A stretch of 64,000 bases of DNA. Origin: Azolla caroliniana. Lineage: Eukaryota; Plantae; Polypodiophyta. Position numbers and translations under genes: made by a program. Under the pieces are notes generated by a model. The model was given only the letters and a program-made list of their open reading frames with translations, searched no databases and was not told where the DNA came from. The number at the start of each line of letters is the position of its first letter. Positions within the stretch are counted from its first letter, which is position 1. The DNA is taken from contig JBHGNT010000007.1 of assembly GCA_043228905.1 (NCBI GenBank), positions 21,948,001-22,012,000 of the forward strand, given 5' to 3'. Shown here piece after piece: positions 1 through 12,514 of this stretch.

Positions 1-1052
1 CAAAAGGAAGATAGCAATTTTGGATTATTGAGCTCCCAAGCTTGAGAATGGGCCCATGTCCATATGCTTAGGATGCATTACATACATGTTTGGTCTATGT
101 TATGGCTCATCTGAAGGTTAAGATCCAAAGGAAACATTATCTATCAGAACAAGGGCTCTTATGTCAAAGAAACTTTATACATTTGATGGAATGAGAGTCC
201 TCATGCCTGAATTTTGAACCTAGGATCTTGTGTGATTAGTCTAATAGCTTATTACTGTAACAAAAATAAGAAGAAACCATACCCATGGAAATGCTTCTCT
301 AGTTCATGGACTACCCAGCCAAGTCCATGGACATATCCATCTTCATAGATCAAGACCAAACTTGGTTATTGGAATCTTTGCTGTTCCAAAGAACTGTCCT
401 ATTTTGGGTAATCATCTGATCTCCAATTACTTGAAATCTGTTACTGACTGATTCAGGCTATGTCTTAGCAGTAAGATTGTGTTAATTTGCATGCTTATGA
501 ACAATGCCGACCCGAACAATTGCACATGTTTATTGCATGGGTTGGACATTTTGTGTCTAAGCACATGAGTGTGGTCTTGTTTCAGATAATACATTTGTAT
601 GCAATTCTTTAATCACCGAGTTATAATAGCCACTTTGAGACCATTGGCTCCCAACCTATGGCGAGGGCCGATGTTTGATACTAAAGCTTACGCATACATT
701 TGTTTTTATGTGATTTCTTGTGCAAAGGTTAAGATCCAAAGGAAACACTATCTATTAGAGTTAAAAGGGTTTCTATTGCAAAACAAATTTATGTACATTT
801 CATGGATTGAGAAACCTTCTGCCTTTACTTTAAATAGATGATCTCAAGTATATTTACATACTCCCTCAAATTGCAGCAAAAAAAGGAACAATATACTTCC
901 AATTTTAAAAAATTTACCATTCCTCTAGGATACCATTATCATTGATTGTGTGCTCAAGTTTGATTCCCAGGTTATTAACTATCTGAAAGTTACATTTGTC
1001 GGAAATGTTTGGCGAAAAAAATGCCATTTTTTTTCGCCATCCTTGCAAGCCC

Positions 1053-4000
1053 TTACATTGTAACCCCCTTCATAAGATCTAGAATAATGCTTTCCATAGC
1101 AAGATTGGATGTGCCACCTTGTTGAATAGCTTGATGAGAACATATCTTCCATCTAGAGGCCCTTTCTTTGATGTCGTCGGACCGCATAAGAGTAACGATA
1201 CCTTTCTCGACCTCATCTCCCACTATCCCACCATCCTTGAACCCCTTGGACAAACTTACCCCAAGTTTCCACACATCTTCTACCAACAATGCATTCAAAT
1301 GTTGGTCTCCAAATACAGGGAAGCATAGCATGGGAACACCCGCGTGAATGCTTTCCAATGTTGAATTCCATCCGCAATGTGTCAAGAAACCTCCGACCGA
1401 TGGGTGGCTTAGTACACGAAGCTGAGGAGCCCATTTGATGACTAGGCCACGCGCATATGTCCGCTCTATGAATCCTTCCGGGATACTTGTAATGCTATCC
1501 CGGACAACCCATAGAAATGGCTGTTTACTCGCTTCCACACCAGAAGCAAGCTCGTGTATTTGGTCTTGTGCCAAAGATACGACACTACCGAATGAAATGT
1601 AGATTACGGAACCGGGCTCTTGTTTATCGAGCCAATTTAGGGACTCGGTTTCTTCTCGGAAGAAATTCGCGCTAATTGTGGCATTGTTCTCGAGAGGAGG
1701 AGGTGCCAAGGGACCTATATATCGCATGGGGGTTTCACACATAGTTGCTTTTAAGCTAGAATCCTCGAGCTCTTCGAATGTGTTGACCACGATGCATGTA
1801 GTCTTCTCGATCCCATCGAGACGGGCCTTGAAACTTGAAAAGAGTGTCGGATCGCGAAATATGGGTGTTGAAGTTAGAAACCGCAGTGCGTTCAACTTCA
1901 CACCTCCTGTCCAAAAACAAAATAGAAGATGGATAATTCCATTGTGGTTTTGTTATAGAATGAGTGTAACCATGGCAAAGAGAGGATATTCACCTAGAAC
2001 TATGTCACCTTCCATAGGCCCATTCAGATCTGCAAGGATCACATACAATATTCGATCAATCACTACTGTAAACCTTGGAAACCTTAAACCCTAGGTCCAC
2101 AATCCAACACTTCAATTCTTCAGGAACACATACATATCCAAACTACCCATCAATGATGCCCAAGCTTTTCATAATCATGCACACAAACTTGAAGCCTTTA
2201 AATGCCTGTACATAATTTGCATATAAATGATTTTAACACTCAAATCTAAATACAACTAAACATCATTTCTTCAAATGATTCATATAGAGATGCATACATT
2301 CATCCAAAAAAAGAAAGATACATGACATTTCATCAATACTACACCATGGCTATGGATAGATGCAAAACATTTCTTGAGTAATGGATACTCACAATGCACA
2401 TAAACCAAACCAACAACCCAAAAATCAGCATGTTGATTCTTTAACGACTTGACATGGTGGTATACATATATGACTAAAGTTTAAATAGCCATATCCAACT
2501 AGTAATGGCCAGAGTGTCTCAATCTTGCATGTGTATTAGAGGGGAAACATGTCTTCTACATAGCAATCTCAATGGGAATTATCACATGGAAGCATGGTTT
2601 TGCTCACACTTTTATTACATTATTGAATGCTTCTTTTATTTTTTACTTGATTCTTGGAACTCTGGAAATTGGGCAAGACTATTGCATGACTATAGAGGGA
2701 CAATTGTCCATATACTAGATTAGCCATGGCCAGTAGGTGGTTGGTCAAGTTAGCATTGGATTGCGAGCGATGTGTGTGTCCATTTGTAAAGCCGTGCCTT
2801 ATATAAATCGCTTTTTGTTAGGCCCTACATACATTATTTCACCCAAAAGCTATACATTTGGACACCTCACAAGTCGCAAACATGAGAAAGACTTGTCTTA
2901 TCCAAACGAACCTCTGTCTTGACAAACGCTCGAAAAGGAGAGTCATGTTGGAGATGAAAAGTTTATAAAACTTATTAGTGATGTACTCCCTCTGCTCATG
3001 TGCCTAGTCGAGAATACCGCGGAAGCTCTATATATGGGTTTAAATGCCGAAATAGGCATAACACCTAAAGAGTTTGGGGACTATCGACTTATTTCATGAT
3101 CGATATAAGAAACACCGAATGGTCGCCAATGAGCTAACAACATGACCAATTCTTTGTTTAGAATTTCCATACAAGCAAAATTAGCTCATAGTGAGTGAAA
3201 GTATCTTTATGTAGATCATTCTCCTTCACATAAAACCTCTTTGAGTGGTGAAATTAACCAAAATCGGTGATGCAATTTGACTTTGTTACCATACTCTAAA
3301 AATGCCTTAGGCCAGTTTCAGCTATTTATGTCTATCATGAAGGTTAGAAGTTAGAACCAGTCTTTTGAATTGGGCCATTTTGGCATGGATTTTCATTCCC
3401 TTGCATCAAGGGCACATACCTACATAGATTTTAATTGTTGTCTTCGGGGGTCAAATATGACATCGGTGGTGGTGTTCGATGTAACCAACCCATTGATACA
3501 TGTATGCCAATTAATTAACAAGGTAGATCTAGCATATGCTAGATCCACCTTCTCAACCATACATGTATGCTTGACCATTGTTTTGATTAACATAACCTTA
3601 ATAGACCTATCCATAACCTTTGATCTATCATTGAAAGATTAGACATGAACTTCTACAAGCTACATATAGCTTCCGAGACTATAGTCGTTCGGGGATTCGG
3701 GATTCGGATTATGTTAGGCCAGTTGTTTGTTGTTTCAAGATAAACACAAACTTTTAGGGCATCTTGTTTGTTTGAGAAACTAGAAACTTAAGGGGGCATG
3801 ATAAAAAAAAGTAGCACTTAACTTAGGGCCCATGCTTCTCTCGAGAAATAGATGGAGAACTTACCGGGAAAGCGGAAGTGAGGACTCCTCAACTCCGTGA
3901 TGGACGCGAGGCTTAACCCATTGGTGGTCCAGAAGAGGATTCTTTGAATCCCGAGTTTGTCGGCGAGGGGTTGTGTCCATGGAAAGAAAGGATCGGAGAC

Positions 4001-4399
4001 AATACAAGTGATGGGGTGAACCGAAGACCGGGAGTCGACGATAAGGTCCTCGATAACGTGACACTGGGATGCAATGGTGGCCAAAAGGGAGGCGAATTGG
4101 GAGGGGTCCATGGTGGTGCCAGGAGGACCGGGCTCTTGGTATGGTCCGGCGATGGTGTGAAACCGAATGTCGGGGATGTGCATGCTCGGATCATCTGGTG
4201 GAAGGTCATGTGGTGATGGGGTGATTGGAGTGGTATTGAGGTTGATTCTCTCTTGAGCTTTGGTTGTGTTAATGAAGGTGATGATGACACCTCTAAGGGA
4301 CAAGTGTGTAGAGAAGCTTAGCATTGGGTTGATATGGCCAGGGGAAGGCAATGGGAGCACCAAGACATGGGGGCTAGGGGGAGGTCTCTTAGAACCCAT
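1053..4399 (-). CDS. Family-1 UDP-glycosyltransferase (UGT), intact, 3 exons, 474 aa
   Basis: Exons 4399-3865, 2029-1994 (36 nt) and 1906-1053, all with GT-AG introns, sum to 1425 nt in frame. N-terminal HVLVLPLPSPGHINPM contains the catalytic His. PSPG box [44 protein letters not shown]. Confidence 0.93.
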
Positions 4400-4485
4400 C
4401 ACCAAATGTCTCTATGCAGTGTGAAAAGGAGAAGAAAGACAAGATACAGACTAATTGGGACCTTCTCTGCTACTGTTATAACTTA

Positions 4486-4509
4486 TACACACACACACAC
4501 ACACACACA

Positions 4510-4548
<39 letters not shown>
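4486..4548. repeat. Compound (AC)n(TC)n(AC)n microsatellite upstream of the UGT
   Basis: Directly visible dinucleotide runs. Confidence 0.95.
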
Positions 4549-4553
<5 letters not shown>

Positions 4554-7500
4554 TATTATATATCCATACAAGGGAAAGTGCAAAGTTGAATTAACTTTGA
4601 CCACTCCCACACTATTGTCTTATTCTTTTGTTGTTCTAGAAGAAAGAAGACTAGTGGGGTGGGGGTGGGGGGGCACACCTCATCGTCACTCATTGAAACA
4701 TTTTGTAAAGTACCCTTGAATTCACCCTACCTAAATGCCATTCGTCTTTGCTTTATTATTTCAAAAATGCCCTTCAAGTTTTTCTCTATTTCCCCCATTG
4801 CCCCTATGCATTCTTCGTTAGTATGGCAATGCTCATGGAGGTAATCACATGCATCATGTGTTAACCATCACCTCAAATATAATAGCATAATGATATTAGT
4901 ATGGCATTTGAATCATGTTAATGATCATATATACATGTATGATGTGAAGATGCATTGGAGCATGACACTTTTGTGGCATTGCTTGTCTTGTCCCTTGCGC
5001 TCATGCTTTAGTGCGAATATGGACTTGCAATTGAAATCAACGTGAAATCCTTTTTCTACAATTATCTAAAAGTGAAACTCTAAATATCCGCGATGCTTTC
5101 TTTATTTCTTTTAATGCCTATGAGTTTTTTCTTTGTTTCTTCAGTGCCCCTAGTAGGCTATCCCCTCTTGGGCATTCATAGGTGTTAATAAGCAACATTT
5201 ATTCTTTTAACCGGGGGCCCAAAGAAGGATAACTACTAACCTAGTAATGTGATGCATTCACCAAAACAAAAGCAAGACCTTATGTGCTCATTTTAGGATG
5301 GATGGAGAAGGGTCAAATGCATTTGTTGAGTAAGAAGATATGGATGTTTGGGATTTTCTAGTTGTTGGTATGGGTATTGCTCCTACTAAGTGCATGGTGT
5401 AAATTTGTTGATAAGATGGTTGGAGGGCTGGTTTTTGCCATATGAATTTGTTAAACCAAGTAATTCAATCTCCTATACTTCTTTCTACCCAATTTTTATA
5501 ACTAAATTCAATTCAATCATAGCTAGCAATATTGTCAACCAAAGGATTTTATCAACTCTTAATTAGTAGTATCCCTAACTTTGGATCTTAAATGCTCTAA
5601 ATTTTAAACCTTTCCATTATTGAGTATCACTAACATTTTCTCCGAATGACCCATTTGCATTCTCTAGGCAAAGCCTCAAAGATGTCGACTTCTCCATGAT
5701 CATATCAAATTTTAATTTGAGTTGAACCAAAATGCCAAAGATGTCATTCTCCTGGTCGTTTTTATTTACGTAAAACACACATGCCATTAAAATCCGAGTT
5801 ACCGGGATCAAGAGTTATGGCCAAAATATTGCAATTTGTTCTGTTTTATTTTGAAATGATGTGGCCTACACTTTGGGTAGGTTGCTAGCAACATTATTAG
5901 GATTTGACACGCAAACCTCAGTTTCACTTAGCATGTAGTGTTAAAGCATGCTAGTCTTCTTAGAATGGCCAATTTCTAACTTGGCTTGTACATTGGCATT
6001 CTAAATATTTTGTTAATTGCCCCAAAAGAACAAAAACTAAGATATTTTCATAAATTTACATACGATTATAGAATGTGTCATGTATTTCCTTTGCTTTTAC
6101 TTAGCTTGCTATAATGAAAACAAATGTAAAGTTTACTCAGAACCCCATACCATAGTGTAAAAATGATTTAATCAACCGCGAAAAAATATGAACTATATGA
6201 ACTCCATAATACCATAGAAACATGATATGCCTACGCATATGTCATGGTATATTCATTGATCAACACTATGATATTGTTAATGATCCAATTATTCTATTTT
6301 TCATATCTTTTCAAGCTTTAAAATGTAACCTCTTGAAAATGGGTATCATTTCATGAATTGATGGCCAAAAGTATTAATAAACATCAAAGTTTGAGACAGT
6401 TGGTTTCAAATTTTGTTTTTAACACTATTCATCTTAGAAAAAAAACACTCATCAAGTTCTACGAACTTATTTCATGGTCCCATTGACAAATTATGCTACT
6501 TTTTATCTTCGTTAAATGATGCTCGGTTTGTTATGGAAAAAAATATAAAAGGAAATATGAGGCAATGGCAAACCAACTAGAAGACATTATGAAAGAAGCT
6601 TCCTAGTAATCCCTTAGGATCCATCTATCGTTACCGAATTCATGAATCATGGAAAGGAGTTATGAAATAATAAAATGCTTGGTAATATCTATGTCGTGCA
6701 AATATTTTTGATATACTATTTAATAATTTATTTCTAAATCATGATATGTCTAGCTATGAACTTATGGTGTAGATTATAGTCATGATTCACAATTGATCAA
6801 TGAGGACTCAATACATTGCTAAGTATATATCATTGCCCTTCAAAAGTACAACATATGTTATGTTTTAAAATGTACCATATGCTATACTTTTTTATGAATA
6901 ATGACATTTCACAAAATTAATTGTCTACGTACAAGGAATGTATTTTCCATGTATGTGTTCATGGGTAAAGGTTTTCCATTTATGTTCTTTTAACTCTTTA
7001 AAAGAAACTTTACACGTCATTGACGTTTTCGAAGGCCTTGGATGGTGGACGATAGTAGCATGAAGAATTGATCAAGGACTCAATGAACAAAAGCCATGTG
7101 CAAAGACAAGTTTTTGATGTAACTTTGCTAAGAAAACCTTGCGAGAGAGAAACAAAGAAGATTTAGTAGATCCAAACTATATGAAAGAAGACATGTAGAC
7201 TTTGCATGAATTGAATTAACATGATAGATATTTCTTAAAGAGAGGAAATGTGATGCTTTATTTTGGAAAGAAATTCAATTCGTCCTCAATCTTATCATGC
7301 AACCTTTGTCTAGTGCTACGGAATCTTGTTGTACCAAATCTATGAACATATCTAGCTTTGTAGACCAAGTCAAAACGTTAGAGGATTTCCTTCGGATTAT
7401 TTGGTTATGAGGCTTCCAAAATGTGGATCCATGGAATTCACCGTTGTCGAGGTAGTTGTGGTTCGTGCGGTGAAGTTGCGGGGACTAAGGTTAAAAGGAG

Positions 7501-8046
7501 TTGGCTATATATTTTATAAGGCTTGTGCAACAATGTTAGAAAGATTAAGGATAGGAAGAACAAGAGTTAGAAATAATGTGCGAGAGACAGACGAGCATAG
7601 ATAAGAGACAGAGACAATATATGATTGAAGAATTGAAATGGTATGATAAAAACAAGCTTTATATTAAGAATACAAGATTTTCCCAATTGTACAATATCGA
7701 TACAAGATACGACTTTTTCTTCGTTAAACTCTAGATTTGAACCCTTTACTCCAACTTCGAAACACGAGCCTCTTCCCAAATGAGCTAACTTATTTGTTTA
7801 ATCATATTATTTCTCTCACTTTTTCTTGATTTTCCTTCTTGTTTTCCTTGCCCCTCTTTATATAAGTATTGTCATGCATATGGTAATGTGTGGAAGGATG
7901 GCATGCATGCAATGCATGACTTTCATGTGATGCATGATTGCCATTTGGCGCACATGCATTACATGTGATGCATGATAGCCATCATGCTCATTTGAGCTCT
8001 CATGTATGAAAATAGATATAGGATAAGTAAAGTGATAGAAGTATAT

Positions 8047-8290
8047 GTTTTAAAATAAATAAGCTTGTGCTTGGTATACAAGGTTGAGGGTTCAAATCTC
8101 TCAATTTTACTCAATACAATATTTAGCTTCATTTTTATATCATGAAGCATATTCTTTACAATACTTTTAAAAATAAATAGCCTAGCCTAGTGGTATGTAT
8201 ATTGTACTTTGTATATAAAGTTGTGGGTTCAAGTCTCTCAAATACTACTAAATGTGATAAGTTCACTTTTATACCGTGAAGCACATTCTT
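8047..8290 (+). repeat. Two degenerate ~120-bp tRNA/SINE-like remnants
   Basis: The second copy has A-box-like TAGCCTAGTGGTA (~8183) and B-box-like GGTTCAAGTC (~8226). The first has GGTTCAAATC. The flanks are similar between copies. No cloverleaf. Confidence 0.35.
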
Positions 8291-10034
8291 CACGACATCG
8301 TCGGAATCATTGTTTCTTTATATGAAAGAAATGTCTTCTTACATATATGATATGACCATCATCTTAGCTTATTTAGACTCTTTTCAACCATGCATTAGCA
8401 CTAAGATCGTGTGTATGCATGATTATGGACAATGTATTCACATTCATTGTATTTTTATGTGTCGTGTCTCAAGGACCTTGTGCAGGTCCAAACATTCCAT
8501 GCCCAAGCACTCAAGTGAGGTATTGTTTTGGATAATACCTTGATCCTTGGCCACCAAGTCCATGGTGGGCCAATGTCCATGATTGAAATGTGAGTACATG
8601 CTTGGTCTATACGATGTGTCTTGTAAGAAGGTTAAGATATGGAGGCAATACAATCACCAAATTTATACATTTAATGGATTGAGAGTCCTCGTTACCATTC
8701 TTCTAAGATACCAATAGCATTAGTCATTCTTGACTTCAAATCTTGTGGGACCATAAATAGTGGAAGTTATATTGATCGAAAATAATTGCAAGGTAAAAAT
8801 GTTTCTCCATTCCCTTCAGCCTTGCAACCCCTTCATAAGATCTAGAAGGATGTTTTCCAGAGCAATGTTGGATGTGCCACCTTGTTGAATAGCTCGACAA
8901 TAACATAACTTCCATCGAGATACCCTTTCTTTGATGTCTTTACACTGCATAAGACAAATAACGGCCTTCTCGACCTCGTTTCCCACTATCCTACCATCTT
9001 TCCCTTTATGCAAACTTACCCCAAGTTTCCACACATCTTCTACCAACAATGCATTCAAATGTTGGTCTCCAAATACAGGGAAGCATAGCATGGGAACACC
9101 CGTGTGAATGCTTTCCAATGTCGAATTCCATCCGCAATGTGTCAAGAAACCTCCGACCGATGGGTGTCTTAGTACACAAAATTGAGGAGCCCATTTGATG
9201 ACTAAGCCACGAGCATATGTCCGCTCTATGAATCCTTCTAGGATACTTGTAATACAAATGGTTGCTTACTTGCTTCCACACCGGAAGCAAGCTCATGTAT
9301 TTGGTCTTGTGCCAAAGATGCGACACTACCAAATGAAATGTAGATTATGGAACTGGCCTTTTGCTTATCAAGCCAATTTAGGGACTCAATTTCTTCTCGA
9401 AAGAAATTCGCGCTAATTGTAGCATTGTTCTCGAGTGGGGGTGGTGCAAGGGGACCTATATATTGCACGGGTGTTTCACATATAGTTGCTTTTAAACTAC
9501 ATTCCTCGAGCTCTTCGAAAGTGTTGACCACAGTGCATGTGGCCTTTTCGATCCCACGGAGTCGGGCCTTCAAGCATGAAAAGAATGTTGGATCTTCAAA
9601 TGCAAGCATTGAATCTAAGAACCGCAAAGCCCTTAATTTCACACCTCCTACCCAAAAAACAATAGAAGATGGATAATTTATTATTGTGCTGTTTTGTTAT
9701 ATATCAATTGCATTCTTTACAAAGAGAATGTTTACCTCTAACTATGTCATCTTCGATAGGCCCATTCAAATCTGCAAGAAGTTCAATGGATTTTTGATCA
9801 ATCATCACAAAAAACCTTAGAAGCCATAAACACTAAACACTAGGCCTAAAGTGCAACATGTGAATTCTTCATAGATACTCTAGTTGTTCCTAAAATATTA
9901 GACGTGTTCCATTAATGATGTCCATGTAATGCATTATCACGCAAAAAAAACTACATGTATTGGCCGATATGCATTTGGATAGATTATGTCAACCCTAAAA
10001 TGTAAATACAAAACACAAAGCTAAGCACATCAAT

Positions 10035-10238
10035 GGATTATTTACGTATATATTCATGCCAAAAGCTAAGTGTATTGGCCTATATACATTTGGATAGATT
10101 ATGGATTATTTACGTATATATTCATGCCAAAAGCTAAGTGTATTGGCCTATATACATTTGGATAGATTATGGATTATTTACGTATATATTCATGCCAAAA
10201 GCTAAGTGTATTGGCCTATATACATTTGGATAGATTAT
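10035..10238. repeat. Tandem repeat, 68 bp x3
   Basis: Unit GGATTATTTACGTATATATTCATGCC...GGATAGATTAT starts at 10035, 10103 and 10171. Confidence 0.92.
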
Positions 10239-10875
10239 GTCAACCCTAAAATGTAAACACAAATCTAAGCACATCAATTCATCAATGGGTCAATATTTAT
10301 GTATATATTCATGCCGAAATAGCACGTCATTGCTTCTTCAATGCGTAATGGAAAGCCCTACGATGGGTACATGTTTAATTGAGTTAGCAATGAATTGTGA
10401 TGTGTGTGTGCTCAAATGTAAAGTTGTGCCTTAAAATTTTGACTTTAAGTACAAGCCTACATACCATTCAAAAGTTATGTGGATGAATGAGAGGGATTAA
10501 TACTTTCTTTTAAAGAGATGATTTTGGCAACATGTGGAAGACTTTTCTTGTTCAAATGAGCCTCTCTTTTGAAGAAAACTTTTAGTTTTTAGGAGAAAGA
10601 AAAGAGTCTTACTAGAGAACAAAAATTTGAAGAAATCATAGTTGATTAACTCTCTTTGTTACTATGCTCGACAGGGAGTACTTTGTAAGCTATATAAAGA
10701 ATGCTAAGATACGCTTGAAAGCTATAAGTGTGTTTGTATGGTTTTGGCTATATCTTATTGTATTGTATTTCGCTAATTATCAATAAAAGGGCATAGAATT
10801 CTAGGTTAAACATGGGCTCGAATTCATTGATCATGAGAAATTTGGCTTGATAATCTTCAGTAAATATTTCTTTAT

Positions 10876-11000
10876 TTAACAACATAGATCTACCTTCTAC
10901 AACATAGGCCATCGAAGATTTAAGATTGGGATTGTGTTTAACAACATAGATCTACCTTCAACAACATAGGCCATCGAAGATTTAAGATTGGGATTGTGTT
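10876..11000. repeat. Tandem duplication, ~62 bp x2
   Basis: TTTAACAACATAGATCTACCTTC...GGGATTGTGTTT occurs twice in tandem. Confidence 0.88.
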
Positions 11001-11225
11001 TGGGCACATGCTTGTTTGAAATATTAGAAACTTTTCAGGCAAATATTTTGTTCGCAATAACTCAAAATTGAGGGGGATATGCTTAGAAAAATAATGTAAG
11101 CTTAGGAATCATATGCTCGCTAAATTAATGTGAACTTACTAGGAAGGGAACAGAAATTGTGCCTCATCTCTGTAATGTTAGCAAAAGTCATCCCATTTGT
11201 GGTCCAAAAGATGATTCGTTGGATC

Positions 11226-11682
11226 ATGGATCATCCCTTAAGGTGGGTGTTGATCACATTGCTTTACATGACGGTATGTTCATACATGTTGGAATCATGG
11301 ATCGAGGCATACAAAATGACCTCTATACCATAATGCTTTGATTGAGTTTTACGTTGAATATGGAAAATAGAGGATGCTTGGTCATTGTAAATGTGGGGAT
11401 ATATTGGATGCATGCGATGGATGACCCAAAGGTGGTATCTGGATATTTTGAATATGAACATGATGAGGAAGTTTGATTTGGTTTGAACATATGCAAATTC
11501 ATGGTATGTTTCAACTATTGAGGAAGTGTTCAATCAAGTCTATCAAAAGAAGGATTCATGGCTAGCTATTGTCTTACACAGGATGGGTTGGGGAAGGATA
11601 ATCATCTCCGTTCCATCATTTTGTATTGTAGTTGATATGGTTTTTTAAAGTAATGGAAGGATATGTTTTCTAAAATAAATAA
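11226..11682 (+). pseudogene. Retroposed degenerate PPR-gene fragment inserted in UGT pseudogene exon 1
   Basis: Flanked by a 20-bp direct repeat of UGT coding sequence (11206-11225 and 11683-11702, 1 mismatch). Ends in an A-rich tail. Translates to PPR-like pieces ALHDGMFIHVGIMDRGIQND, NALIEFYVEYGK/IEDA and KCGDILDA. Confidence 0.6.
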
Positions 11683-12514
11683 AAAAGATGATCCGTTGGA
11701 TCCCAAGTTTCTTAGTTAGGGGATGTGTCCATGGAAAGAACGAATCCGAGACAATACAAGAGATGGGATGATTTGAAGATCGTGAATTGACGATAAGGTC
11801 CTCGATAACTCCACATTGGGACTCAATGGAGGCCAAAAGGGGGCCAAGTTGTGCGGGTTCGAGGGTGGTGCCATGTGGGGAAGGAGGAATTGGGTCTTGA
11901 TAAGGGCCAGTGATTGTGTGGAAGTAGATGTTGGGGATGTGTGGGAGGGATTCATCTTGTGCATCTAGAAGGTGATGTGGGGTAGGTGTTATAGAGGTTG
12001 ATTCTCTCTTGGGTTTTGCTTGTGTTGATGAAAGTGACAATGAAACCTTTAAGAGATAGGTGGGTAGAGAAGCTTAGCATTGGGTTGATATGGCCAGGTG
12101 AAGGGAATGGGAGAACTAAGACATGGGGAGGAGGAAGTTCCTAAGAACCCATGTCTAGTGTTTACCTGAACTGTAGAGAAAAAGATAGAGTGCAATAATG
12201 TTTTTCTCACATACTCTTATATACACACAAACATGCATGGAAGGTCTGTAAAGTTGAATGAACTCGTTACTCAACATTCCCAGGCATGTACGTGTAATAG
12301 TGTCCCCCAAACATTGATTGGGGTGGGGGGTCATCTCGTTGTCATACACATATGTTGTCAATATTCATCACATGTGTACAATATTCAAGTTTTCAACATA
12401 TGATTACACAAATGTAGGAAAAAAACACTTTGTAAAATTCCAATTGAGTTCTTTATCCACAAGAAAAACAAATTTTTTTGATGTGCGTGAAAAAAACTCC
12501 TCCTTTTGAACTTT

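Larger units (their letters stand above)
8816..12152 (-). pseudogene. UGT tandem paralogue, pseudogene
   Basis: Same exon layout as the intact copy: 12152-11140, 9771-9736, 9647-8816. Codon 4 is TAG (ATG GGT TCT TAG). Exon 1 is interrupted by a 457-bp insert. A ~20-bp deletion near 9255 frameshifts exon 3. The PSPG box is still recognisable. Confidence 0.9.

Noticed and set aside
5600-8000. Possible DNA-transposon or solo-LTR remnants between the UGTs
   Set aside because: The composition is suggestive, but no termini, TSD or coding motif could be established by eye.
12141-12143. UGT copy 2 stop codon rescued by U-to-C editing
   Set aside because: This is a nuclear gene, the paralogue has AAG here, and the copy also has an insertion and a frameshift.
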